IMG/VR virus record: IMGVR_UViG_3300030085_004328
Location: 1-53,620 of that record
DNA: 53,620 nucleotides
Strand: one strand, 5' to 3'
Source: a virus
Taxonomy: Duplodnaviria; Caudoviricetes
The translations under genes and the position numbers were made by a program. The notes below the pieces were generated by a model. That model was given only the letters and a program-made list of their open reading frames with translations. It searched no databases and was not told where the DNA came from. Of this stretch, positions 34,406 to 47,900 are shown in pieces; within the stretch, counting starts at the first letter, position 1; every line of letters begins with the position of its first letter.

Positions 34406-35959
34406 TTAGAATTGCAAAATGACCTTGATATCTTCTTTTTGACTCTTTGATCTTGTGATCGCCGGTCTATTATCGACATATATGATGTCTCCTGAGTATT
34501 TCTTTACTTCTGGAGGTGCAACACCATTGGTAAAGTTTTGACCCAGGTTATATGTAGTATTATTTATAGAGGTAGTTATACCGCTAAAGTTTGCATCAAT
34601 CTGAAGTTCAACAGATCCTCCACTGATAGCCAATGTTCCACCATCATCAGTATCTGAAGTAAACCTAGTCTGAACATATCCATATTCTGGAGTCCTTTGA
34701 GATCCGTCAGTATTAAATCCAACTTGTGCTTTATCCTGCCAGTACTTAAGAACACCAGTAGTTTCATCGTAAGAAACTACTCTACCTACCGCAGTAGTTC
34801 CCACTCCAACTTCTTGAGTTATTTCACTATCAAAAACAAAAGATGCGGAACTATATCCAATACCAGTAAGTTTTAATGCATAAACAGCACTAACTTTATC
34901 ATCAGTTAGTAATTCGTTGGATCCTGGTTTAGTTGGATTATGAACAATACCCACTCTAGCAATTTGGTTTCCGACAATAAAGTCCGGATTATCAGAATCA
35001 TTTTCGACGCGGGTGTACATTAAAACATTAGTCGCTCCCATTTCTTTGTAAATGTTAGCTCCATGACCTCCTGGAGGAGGAATAATAACTTCAAATTCTG
35101 GTACAGTTGTTCCAGAAAGAAGAGAAGAGTTTGAAAGATCAACTCTTCCGTGAGTATAACCTTCTCCTCCATCAGATACAGTGATACTATCTACTTTAGA
35201 GTCGTTATTTACAACAATAGTACATTCTGCATCTTCTCCATCACCACTAATTGGAATATTTGAGTAAGTTACTCCACCAGTTCCTAATCCAGCACCTCTA
35301 TTTGTTATTTTTACAATTTTTATCTGACCACTGGTTTGTGCATTATCTCTAATAGAATCAAAAGTTGCATCTGTTTCCCAATTTTTAGGAACGGGGATAA
35401 AATTAACAGAGTCAAACTTTACAATATCCGATGGTTTAATAGTGTATAGATATTTCCATACATATCCATCACCACTATCTCCAGGAATTTGTGGTTCTAA
35501 ATCTGTGAATAGAGGTTCATCAAGAGATGGTCTTCCTTCTGGATTTTCTGGGTCGGAACCATTTTGCAAGCAAATATAAACTCTAAAGTCGCTATTCATC
35601 ACATAAAAGTTTGATGAATAAAGACTTGTAGCGTTTGATGGTTTAGCTAAGTTTGATCTGCTAATATCATGACGATACATATCGTAAGTAGTACCAGAAC
35701 TCCAAGTAATTTTTCTAATTACTTGACGAATATCTACAGCGGATATTTTCTTCATCGCAACCATAGTGTCGTAATAATCAAACTCCTGCTCAAAAGAGTC
35801 TTTTGGGGCAGGAGGGGATGCATCCCAGTTGCTAACGACATCCGTGGGATTAGGAAGTCCTATAAAAGCATAGAATACATTATTTTCCGTATCTTCTGCA
35901 AGATCTAGAAAATTTTGCGTATTCAAAATTCTAATTTGATCAGTTATGATTGCAGACAT
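34406..35959 (-). CDS. gp8: Baseplate wedge subunit
   Basis: MSAIITDQIRILN...YDMYRHD...FYVMNSDFRVYICLQNG...DGYVWKYLYTI...QKEDIKVILQF. Confidence 0.93.
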   Translation of the reverse strand: MSAIITDQIRILNTQNFLDLAEDTENNVFYAFIGLPNPTDVVSNWDASPPAPKDSFEQEFDYYDTMVAMKKISAVDIRQVIRKITWSSGTTYDMYRHDISRSNLAKPSNATSLYSSNFYVMNSDFRVYICLQNGSDPENPEGRPSLDEPLFTDLEPQIPGDSGDGYVWKYLYTIKPSDIVKFDSVNFIPVPKNWETDATFDSIRDNAQTSGQIKIVKITNRGAGLGTGGVTYSNIPISGDGEDAECTIVVNNDSKVDSITVSDGGEGYTHGRVDLSNSSLLSGTTVPEFEVIIPPPGGHGANIYKEMGATNVLMYTRVENDSDNPDFIVGNQIARVGIVHNPTKPGSNELLTDDKVSAVYALKLTGIGYSSASFVFDSEITQEVGVGTTAVGRVVSYDETTGVLKYWQDKAQVGFNTDGSQRTPEYGYVQTRFTSDTDDGGTLAISGGSVELQIDANFSGITTSINNTTYNLGQNFTNGVAPPEVKKYSGDIIYVDNRPAITRSKSQKEDIKVILQF

Positions 35960-35981
35960 TTAAATACAAAACTTTTCTAGT

Positions 35982-35988
35982 TATTTAT
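35982..35988 (-). promoter_or_regulatory. Late promoter ATAAATA overlapping the gp7 stop
   Basis: About 23 nt upstream of gp8. Confidence 0.7.
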
Positions 35989-38900
35989 GAAAGATAATTG
36001 GAGGCTTTTAATGGATTCTTTCTTCTCAAGATAGGTGATGTTTCAATACCAATAATACCATTGTCTCTCTTGATATCATAAGACTCTGGGAAGGGTCTTA
36101 CGACATTATCCAGTCTTCCCCAAGAGAAGTTTGCAAATGTTTGTCTAGAGAGGAATGAAGAAAGTCCAAGTTGAGAATAATCTTCAACAACAGTAACAAC
36201 TTTAGTATTGTCTTCGATAATCAATGTTGCTCCATCGGCAACAGTTGTAGAATTTCCAGATCCAACAGAATAAGAACCAAGTCTTGTTAGACTTGCAATG
36301 AAGTCATCACTGAATATTACGATTGGAGTTCCAGGAATAATATCATGAACTTGATATACATTATCAATGAATTGATTTCCTTCAACCAAGTCAACTCCAT
36401 CCACTTCAATTGAAGTAACACCATATCCAACTGTTGTTGCATTTCCAACCGTGGAATCTCTTATAGTAAAGAAGTCGCCAGTTCCGATTCCACTGTAATC
36501 AATTGTGTTTCCAGTACCAACAATTGTTTCATCTTTTAAAGGTGAGTTTTCTGGAATAGCAAATTCAAACACAAGACCTTGAGAAGATCCTGCTCCAATT
36601 GTTGTTGTTCCAACTCCAATAACTTCACCAAAGTCTCCTGCAAAGTCAACTCTGAATACTGTTTCCGATTTTGGAGTTGGAGGTGTAATAAGGACTGGTG
36701 GTGGGTTATTATCATCATATCCAGTTCCACCAACAGAAATGTTAATGGTTGTTATCTTACCTGATGCGATAGCAGCAGTAGCTTCTGCTTGAGTTCCACC
36801 GTCTTCTTTTGGCGCTCCAATAGAAACCGTAGGAATTTTAAAATATCCGTCTCCTGTATTGGTTAGAGATATTTGAGTAACAATTCCAGCAGTTACCGAA
36901 GCAGTCGCTACTGCTTCGTTAGTTTCGTCTTGGTCAATAATATCAACAGTATTTACATAATTTAATCCTGGGTTTTCTTTTACATTATCAAAGAAGGTTT
37001 TTGCACCTTCAATCCAAATTTGAGTGCTTGCAGCGCCAACATCATAAATGATATTGGTTAAAGGAAGAATTGCTGCTTCATAGATATCTCTTGCTTTGGT
37101 AACTTCTTCACCGTCAATAATAAGGTCAGTAGTTGCTCGACACCAGTTAACTGGTCTTTCGACAAATTGATCATTACTGATTCCAACACCACCATACAGA
37201 TAAGTATCAACAGAGTCAGTAGAAGTAACTGCTTTAACAGATCTATCTGTTTGTCTTAGATCAATATCATCTCCACCAATTGTGAGAAGATCTCCTGGAG
37301 AAACTGTCTCAAGAATATCCACAAATTCAACATCTATATCTCCAGTTCCTCTATAGAAGATAATTTTGCAAGTATCTCCAATCTTAGGAGCTTCAGTAAA
37401 TCTAAGTGTACTACCACCTGGGAATACATATGCTTCTCCAGGAACCTGAAGAACATCATTAATAAAGACAAGGAGTGTTGCCTGAACATCAATTAGAGAT
37501 CCTTTAGCAGCCTTAATAGATGTTCTAACACCATCAAATTTAATAGCAAATCTGGTTGCATCTCCATTAAACTGAGAACTGATATCATCAACGACTTGGA
37601 GGTCTCCGATTGTCCATCCAGTAAATTGATCAGTTTGAGTCTGGGTAATATAGAAGTTGAATTCCTCAAAATCTAATGTTGTTGGTAGGGTAAATGTTGG
37701 TTTAGCAGAAGGAGACTGAACCACTGGAGCATATGCCGCACCATCACCTATAATTGTTGTAACAATTCCAACAAGATTGTAAATCGAAGATACTACATCA
37801 GAGCAACTATCAAGAGTGTAGGAGGATCCATTATCATAATCAATTGATGTGTCTGTAATCTGAGTAACAGAAACTGCAATACCTTGATATGATGTAGGTA
37901 AAGTTTGGTTATTTATGACGTATGTTGAGATACCAGCGAGATAATCATAAGTTGCAATAGTTTCTGTGGTTTCTCCAGTCACATAATTTAGAGGACCATT
38001 CCAATACTTGTTACCTGCTGCAACTGAATTAAAGTTTCCTCCAAAGAAAAGATCATTTGCTAATGCATCAACAATGAAACCTGTGTCTCTTTCGCACTTA
38101 GTTTCATCATAATCTGGGTTAGAAAGTAGAGAGGGGTATGTAGCTGTTGCATATCCGACAGCTTCCTTAACAAGGAATTGTCTGTTAGAAGCGAGAAGAT
38201 TACCAGCATCAGCAAATCTTCCATGATACATGTAAGGAATTCCATCAGTTCCACCAACAGAAACTGTTAGTACGTTGTTGATTTCATATCCATATCCAAC
38301 ATTCGTAATATTAAAGTCAGTTACACTAGATCCTTCTCCAACAACAACACTAACCTTTGCAGCTCTTCCTCCAGTATCTCCGATTGAAGTTGTAGAGTAT
38401 GATGTTGGAAGATTATCATATGGGAGGGGATCATCAAAATCAACAGTTAGATATTTCGCAACTTTACCACCTCTAGCATAGAAGTGATCGAGTGTAGAAA
38501 TACCAGTGTTAACCTCAAATTCAGTATCACTGTTAACTCTTCTTACGCTTGTAAATTGAGAAGCAGGATCAGACTGACTATCAGAATTATTTTTAAGTCT
38601 TGGAGCAATAATTATACCCTGAACAGTTCCACCACCTACAAAATAATTTTGTTGTGTTGTAACTCCAATATTTACTTCAAATTCCGTAGCACTGTTAACC
38701 GCAATAACTCCTGTTCCATTGTATGCAGGATCAGTTGTTCTTGGATATGTATGTACAGTTGCTCCATTATCTTGAGTGCATGTAAATGCAAGTCCAGATA
38801 GAATAACTTGACTGAGTTTTCCGAATGAAGTATATCCATGACCCACAGAAGTGGTAACAGTCATAATTCCACTTATATGATCATACTGAGCGGTGGATAC

Positions 38901-41900
38901 TCCTAGTGGTGGAGCATAATCGCAAGTCATTGCGATTCCAGACAAGACAACTTCATTACCTACCGATAATCCATGTGCTGTAGATGTTGTAACAGTTGTT
39001 AGACCTGTTATTGAAGTGTAACCAACATTAGATACATCTCTAGGTGCATAGAAGACTTGAGGATTTGTAACAGCCACTCCAGTAACTCTTCCTCTAGTAA
39101 CAAGAGCTGTTCCTATTGCAACTTTACTTGATGCCTCTACTGTCTCTTCGCGAATATAAACTTCAATGTTAGTCTGAATACCAGTTCTGTATCCACCACC
39201 TGCGTTAGAAACGTTGATAGCACTAATAGTTCCTGCAGAAGAAACTGTAGCGGTTCCAGCGGCAGATACTAGAGACTGATAACCAAATCCCTTTGTAGAT
39301 CCAACAGAAACTATTCTTCCCCCAACAGGAAGACCTTTAATAGCAATATCATCTTCTCTATCATATTCTCCCTCATCAAAAATAATATTTGTTGCTCCAC
39401 CATCTTCTTCTAAAGTATAGTTTCCAGCAATATCAACAAGAGTTTGATCTACTTTAGGAGACTGGAATAAATCATTTACAGTAATAATAGCATTACTTGC
39501 TGCTACTCCATCAACACTTTCTCCACCAACTTTCAATTCAAAAGAACTCTTAATTCCAGTAAATTGATCTTCAATACCATCAAAAACATAGTTCTTATAG
39601 TATGGATCATTTGTAGTATCAACTGGTGCATTTCTCATGAATGATCTTCCACTAAATCTAGAGAAAGTCGTAATTCCAGTGAAATCTCTCTGATCTGGAC
39701 GATTATCTGGAGATCCTACTGGTGTTTTTCCAAATGGAGCATCAGCAAAACTGATAGTATTTTCAACAATATTATAATTACCAATAATTTTAGTTATCAA
39801 TGAGTATTGAGCATGATCTGCTAGTTTTGTACCGAGAAGTGCTCTCTGAACGTACATATCATTATCAGAACCACCATATCCAACAATGGATACTCTTACA
39901 ATTTCATCATCAATTTGGAGGAAATCTCCACTGAAGAATCTTTCTGGTTGTTCAGTTAGAGTAAGAATGTCTTGAACAGTTGTAAAGGTATTACCAACTC
40001 CAGTTGTAGTTGCAGTAGAAACAATAGGAGATTGAATCATATTATCAATAGTAATCAGAGTCTTAGGATTCTGATTTTTTGATGTAAAGTAATGATCTGA
40101 TCCAACGCCAACATCAATTATATTCAAAGGTGTAGGTGTTAGTGCTAAAGCGTCTGTAGCACTAGCCGCCACTTTAACAAGAAGTTCATCCTGTTTAATG
40201 ATGAATAATGTGGGTGGTAATTTATTAGTTACTCCAATTCCAGGAATATCTGTATAGGCTATTCCAATTGGTTCATTTAACACATCATAAGAATATACAA
40301 CTTCTTCTCCTGTTACAAAGAAGTGCTGAGGTAACTCAAAAGTATCTTCACTGATACTAGTAATAGCAACATTAGATCCATCGAATTTTTTCTGGAAGAT
40401 TGGATTTCCTTCATGGAACAATTCAAAGTCTCTTATCACTGCATTCTGCGTTCCTTGATAATCTGCATTTCCAGTCAGAATATCAGCATTGATCATATCA
40501 ATTTGAGCGTTACCCACTCTTTCATCTCTAATTCCAAGGTGTTGAGCATAAACTCTAACTTCACAATCAATTGGATCATTCGCACTAAAGTAAATTGTCG
40601 TAACTGTTCCTGCAACACCTGCAGTAACTACACCAACCTCACCATCACTGAATAGTTGACCATATTCTGAATAATATGCAGTTGTAGAAGATGAGACAGT
40701 TACTAACTCAGACAGTTGATACTTGCCATTAGTGGTGTCATCAACGCTAACAATGTAGTAACCACTGCTGTAATCGTCAATACCTAAAATTCCATTAAAG
40801 TGAGAAGATATTCCTGTACCATTTTGACTATCTACAGCATCAATTGATGTATAATTAGATTCTACAATAGCGGTAGTAAATTCTGTGCTTCCTTCAGTAG
40901 TAAATCCAGAAGGTTCGGATGCAAGAGATATTCTTAAAGAATTAACTTCAGCCGCTATTGCAGAATTATCTGGAATTAAATCAACTTTTACATTAGATCC
41001 ATCAATATAAGCATGATATGTTCCAATACCATCACTAGATAATGCATTTAAAGTGTCTGTGGTTAATTGACCATAATCCTGGAAAGTTACTTCCGATCCG
41101 TCATGAATTAGGCTAATTTCGTCTAATTCATATACACCACCACCTTCTTCAATTTGAACAAGTAGTTTAGAAGATCTGTAATCTGTGGGGATTGTTGCGA
41201 TCGTGGTAGTAGCACCAGAAGAAACGGTGCTATTTTCCACTTTAATATCAACAACATTACCAAATGCAGTGGTTCCAATTCCTGAAGTGAAATCGGAAAT
41301 ACTATGAGTGACGAAACTTAAATCATAATCATTAACTTCATATTTTTCTGGATAGAATCTTAACTGAGCTTCATCCTCAAACAGTGCAATATCAAAAGAT
41401 CCTAATTCATAAACAGTTTCTACACGTCCATATTGATTAATAAAGAATTCACTACCATTATGAATTGTTGTTACAATATATACTTGTCTTTGATTTGTAA
41501 ATCTACTATCTCTAGCAAATATTAAATATTTTCTAGCTCTAGACTCAGTTATTTTGAAAGTATCAATTACACTAAACTGATCTCCTCTTGGATCGCTATT
41601 GAAATCATCACTAATATCATCGATAACAAGAACTCTGTTACCAACAGACTTGTTAAAGTCTTGCAATTCTCTACTATTGAATACGATACCAGTGGAGAAT
41701 CTCTTACTACCAATAATGAGAGTTTCATCAACAGTAATATCAAAATCGAATACACAATTTGTATTAACTACTCTTGAGAAATCTGCGATAGAAACAAAAT
41801 CTCCTCCATCTTGAGATGTAGAAATTCCAGTGAATGAAAGATCTCTAGATTCTAATTGATAGTTACTAAATCTCTTCCATCCAACGAGATGATTAAGTCT

Positions 41901-44900
41901 TTCAACTTCTTCTTCCCAAACATTTTCAGTTACTGTACTTTCGATTGCATATGAGAATCTCTGCCAGTAGAAACTATCTTGAATCTTATAATCATTTGAA
42001 CTTAAGAAACTATGACCATCTTTGTAACCTTTTACAATTTCAGCTGAGGGTTGAATCTTGTAATATAAATCGGAGAGATAAATATCATCAATTTTAGAAA
42101 CTGTTCCGCTCTTATCTCCTACAATTTCTTCATTTAGTACAAAAGATTCCTCTCCAAATATTTTCAAGATCTCTGCTTGCTCATTATATTTTTGAACTTC
42201 TGCCTGAGCCCCACTTGTTCTTCCTGTAATTAATTCTCCAGGAATATATGGAATTCTTTGTGTTGTTACTGCAAATGTTGGGAAATAAATTTCTGGGACA
42301 ACAATTCCTGTAGCACTAACATCATCGTATTGTCCAAGAGTTTCTGCAGATCCTACAGACTTAGACATATCAAATTTAATAGTAGCGTTTGACCCTCCAA
42401 AATTTGGATCAATTTCGGTTATTTCAAATAAATCATAATCAAAATCAGCACTATTAAAAGTTCTACCAGAACTACCGGTAGTTTTTGATGCACAACCTTC
42501 AATTAGAACATTATTACCGACTTCAAATGGGAAAGTAGTTCCAGTGCTAAATTGAGTCTTGAATGTTAAAGTTGCAATCTTAGTGCTATCGTCAATAGTA
42601 ATATTTTCTATACTATAACCATTGGAATTATTAGTGGGTATAATGATGGGAGTATCGTTAGATAAATCACTTGTATTCTTAATAATTGTAACATCTCCAT
42701 CAAGATTATAATTTAACAGTAATTCAGTTAAAACTTTTCTAGTTGTACTATCTCTTACGACAAGATCTGGAGCTACATTGTAGTTCAATCCTGCAGTTAA
42801 TCTCGTTATCTTATCAAAAGAAAGTTTTTGGTCAACAATTAATACATCCGGAAGTTTAGCTGTTGGACTTAAAGTTGGGTCTGTTGGATAGTCCCAACCA
42901 ATATTTTCGGTTAAGAAAGTTTTTTCAGCACCAATAGAATCACTTTCTGGTCTAATTTTTGCTCCGGTTCCACCACTTTGACTTATAATAGTTGTTACTC
43001 CAACAACTGTATTATAATTATTTCCTGGATTTCTTACTAAAATATCAAATATTGGACCAGTTGCAGTAGGAGAATTTGTAATATATTCTATAGTACTATC
43101 TGATGGTGTAAATGAGGTGACTCCAATGATTCTGTTCGGTGTATCAAAGACAAAAGAAGATGTTGCTGCAGAAACAACTACATGACTTCCATTAATGGGA
43201 CTATTTAAAAATGCAATTTTTGTGGGATCAGAAACCTTATAATCATCAATAATTAAATCTTTTTTACTCTGAGTTAATCCAGGATCTTTTTTAGGAACTA
43301 ATTTATAGAATAGTTGTTCTGGAGTAAGTTCATTAACTAAAATTTCTACATATGCATCAGAATCTAATCCTATCCTTCCTGATGAAGTGATAACAAAATT
43401 ACCATCTCTATCTACTAAGTACTCTCTCTTATATTCATCATCATAGAATACTTTAAAATCAAATGCTGATTTTGAAGTAGTTCCATCAATATAAGATAGA
43501 GAAGGATCTCCCAAATTAAATCTTAGACTATTATTTCTAATAGATCTAATTTCTGGATTTACTAATCTCAATCTAAAAGATCCAGCAGATGTTATATTAT
43601 GAGTTTTAGTCTCTTCACCTACAGAATCTTCGTACGAAGATGATAAAGAGAAAATATCTCTAGTAATATAGTTGGTATAGTAAATTCTATTATTGTCTAG
43701 TCCACCAGCTTCTGAAGCAATTACAATTACTTTATCACCATCACGATATCCATGATCAGTTGAATGTATTTGATTTTCATCTACATCTACATCACTGGAT
43801 ATAAATGTTTTTTGATCAATAAGAATTCTGTTTGTTACGTCATTGTAAAATACGTCATATTCTTCTCTTCCTCCTGGAAGAATATTTGTTCTGAATCGAT
43901 CTTCTGCTTCTAATCCATGAGTTTCTCCAGTAGAAACTGTACATCTAGTTTTTGAAACTTCAACAAAAGCATGATCTCTTTTTGTTCTAAAACTATGATG
44001 TTTACCAGTACCAACACCAACAAAATAGAAAGGTTCTGCGTTTACATCAGTTCCAACACCAACTAATGAGATTGGTTGGCCAGGTTTTCTATAAAACTCT
44101 GTTCCAATAGCAAGTTGAACCGTTGATATTCCTATAGTATTTCTACTGAATACAACAGCAAAAAGTTCAGTTTCATCTGCTAAGGTAGTAGATCCAATAC
44201 CATTAGTTGATATTGAAAGATTATCCCCAGTGTTTGAATTGTATATAATTTTCTCTCCCATCTTCAATCCATGACCAGGAATAAAGATTGATCTTGTGCC
44301 AATAGAGATTTTTCTATATGATTGGGGTCCTCCAGGGAAGAATGTGCGATTACCAGGTATGTGTATATACACATCTGTCTTTATACCTATTCCAGAAGTT
44401 GTTCCTATGCCAACTACCAATGATGGATCAAAATATAATTCTCTATCTTCTTTAGATATGTTACTACTTTCTGTATTGATATCAATCTCAAATCTTGTAG
44501 GTAAGTGATCTATTGAGGTTTCTAAAGAGTGTGCTACCCCAACAGTTCCATCATGTTCTCTTAGTACTCTTAAAAATGATCGTCGAAGATTAACATTGAG
44601 AACTTTCATTTTCTCATCATCAATCTGAATGATATCATTTTCTCGAATCTTATTCAGAGATTCTGTTTTTACTGGTATGTAAGTAGTAATACCAGTATCT
44701 GCAGATCCACCAATATCTTTGTTAAGGATAAAATCGATAGATGGTATTCTTACTGGAGAAATACCATCTATATGAATATTATTTGCAGTGGATAAACCAA
44801 CAATTGATACTAAGTCATTATTAGATATTCCATGTTCTTGACCACAGTGAATATGAAGACTACTTGTTGACTGGAATGCTTTTGCTTTTAAATAAGTTTC

Positions 44901-47900
44901 AGATAAAGCTATTGATGTTACAGATTTTCCTTCAACCTCGGATACAATAGCTGCGGCACCCGTTCCTCCAGTTCCAACATTGTCGAAACTAACAAAGTCA
45001 TTTACAGTATATCCCTCACCTTTATCTAAAATTTCAATATCGTCAATTTTTCCCTTAGAAAGATTAGTGACTTTAGAATAATGAGCATCAAAAACATCTG
45101 GTTGAATTAGATAATCATAACCACTATACCACTGTTTTAAGTTATATGGTGTAGTATTTCTTCTGCACCCCTCAAAATCAAATTCAACCTGATTAGTTTC
45201 TGTATTTTCACTGTAATTAAATAAAATTGGTGAAAACTTTAGATTTTTTCCAACACAATACGGATATTGTGGTAATTTACCCTGAGAAAAATCACCAGTT
45301 GCTTGAATTTCCTCAGAAATAGTCATAAAGTATGCATATACACCTTTAGGATATTCCGGTGTTATGCAGAATCTTCCATTATTTTCATCCAAATCTCCTT
45401 TTCCGGTAAAAGTATTATCTTCATTAAAGAATCCTAACGGAAAATTAGGTCTATCGCCAATATCTATTTTTTCATATCCAGAAACTAACTGTTTGATTGT
45501 TCCACCACTAATGGTGGAATAACCGTATGGACCATAAATTGGAGAACCATCATAAGCCCATCCCAATAAAGGAGAGTGATATTTTGCTGTGTTTTCTGCA
45601 TCATCATTTTCAATATCAGTTCTGTATTTAATTACACCCTCTTCAAATTTCTCTGAGAACACGTTTGCTCTTAATTTTCTTGGAGCATACATGTGAGTAT
45701 ATTGCATACCAAGTTCTCTATCCAAACTCGGTACAAGATAGCTATCATCAGATGTAATTGATTTTTCTCTTATAAGTCTTTCTACCTGATCAACATTCCA
45801 TGATTTTATTTGAAATTCAAGTTCACATCCTTCTCCTGGTGTCTCTATGTAAAATTTTGGAGTCTGGCTATAAGAATTTCCCTTTTCTATTATTTTTACA
45901 TCACTAATTGCACCATTACTTACTATAGGTGTTAAAACAGTTTGCGAAGTTTCTAATTCTGGATCATTTTCAAATAATGTGATTTCTGGTGCTGCATTAA
46001 AGTCTCTTCCTCCAGCAAGAATAACAACATCTTCCAATCGTCCATCAAAAATAACAGGTTGTAAAATTGCTCCACTTCCTGATAATAAGTCATATCTAGG
46101 TTGTTTTTTGAAATTTAAAATATCTGCAGATCCATATTTTGATCCACCCTCTTTGATTTCTACCTTTATGACTTCTCCTCTAAAAAGAGGATTTAATTTG
46201 ATTTTACTAGTTTCAGTTACAAAAGTAGATACTCCAAGTGTTCCTGCAATTTCAACAGTTATCGGAGGTGCTTTAAATGTATGATAACCATCTGGTGCAG
46301 ATGCAATTTCTACTAATTTGTTACTATTAACATAAGCATTTCCAAGATCTTCATCTTCATTTTTTTCATATAAAGAAAAAGTATCTTCAGTACTATTTGT
46401 TACTAAGTAAGTAATTGTGCTAGCAAGACCGCTAATTGCATCTCCAGTGTGCTCATATAAAACTTCATCATTATCTTTGAATAAATGATTTGGTTTTGTT
46501 ATTGTATAGTTGGCGGTATTAATACCAGAAGATGTAACAATTACTTTATTATTATTGTAACCCTCTCCTTGATCTGCAATATCTATAGAACTTAAAACAA
46601 GTCTTTGTTCGACAGCTCTTATACTATGATTACCAACACCCAAAGAAGTAATGTCTATCGGATTAATACCCTCAAGACCCTCCTCCAGAGTATTATGTAA
46701 ACTGACCGTAGTAGAACTTTCTATATGAAGAAAGTATTCATTGGTGTCTACTAATCCACCAACAGGTGTTGATTCACCCTCAACAGAATAAAATACTTGA
46801 TCACCTTCTCTAAATGAATGAGTTTCTTCAAAAGTAATTGTGTTATTAGTTAAAGAAACTTTTTCTCCAACATCTGATCTGAAAAATTTCTTGTTTTCTC
46901 TTGAAGAAAATGTTGGAGCTGCCTCTGCAATTCTGACTGGATTTCCTCCGCGTATTGTTACAGAATCTGCAAACTTCAGATAATCCATTCCTGGATCTTC
47001 GATGTTTATCTTTTGGAGACCTCCTCTAACCACAAGTTGACCTTCAAAACCTGATCCGTTTGAATCTGTAGTGAATAGTGTTGGTGGATTTATAACATCA
47101 TAACCACCTCCACCAGAAGTTACAGTTACTTCCGAAATTTCTCCATAATAACAAAAATCTTTAGACCTATTTGTAACAATCTCAACACCATTTTTTAATA
47201 TTCCTACTCTTTCGTTAGATTCAATCTCCAGAGATTCAGAAACTTTGGTCCTTTCTTTTGGATTTGATATTTTTCTTAAGGCAACCTGCGGTTTGACTTC
47301 TGTTTGCTTATTGAAAGCATAGTTATCAGTTCTAAGTAATTTTGCAAAATCTACAAAACCAGTGGCTTCAATAAAAATTTCATTCTCTACATTACTTAAA
47401 CTTTTTGCTAACTTAAAATTATTTTCATCAACTCTTTGGACAAAATAATACCCAGAAAGATCTACGGTATTCTCTTCAGAGAAAGAGGAATCATAGTATA
47501 CAGAATCTCCAGTATAAAGACCATGATTATTAACTGTAAAAGTTTTTGTACTAGCAAAAACCTGATCAGAAATTACAACATCTCTATAATCTAACTTAAG
47601 ATCTTCATTAAAATAATTTGGAAGTGAGTTTGTTGCAACATATACGTCATTCTCTAAATCAATATAAACATTTTGAACATTAGCTGCTATTTGCGTGCCC
47701 TTAGCTTTTGTAACTTTTCTTTTTACATAAAAAGCTTCTACAATTTCTCGATCATTAAGAATTCTAAAAGAATCATCAGGAGTAGGTCCAGGGGATGCTT
47801 CAAATTCTTTTTCAATTCTCTCTAAAGATCCATCCGCATTTCTAACATCACAATTTACAAGTACGATGTCTCCACCATTTACTCGACACTTATCATAAAC

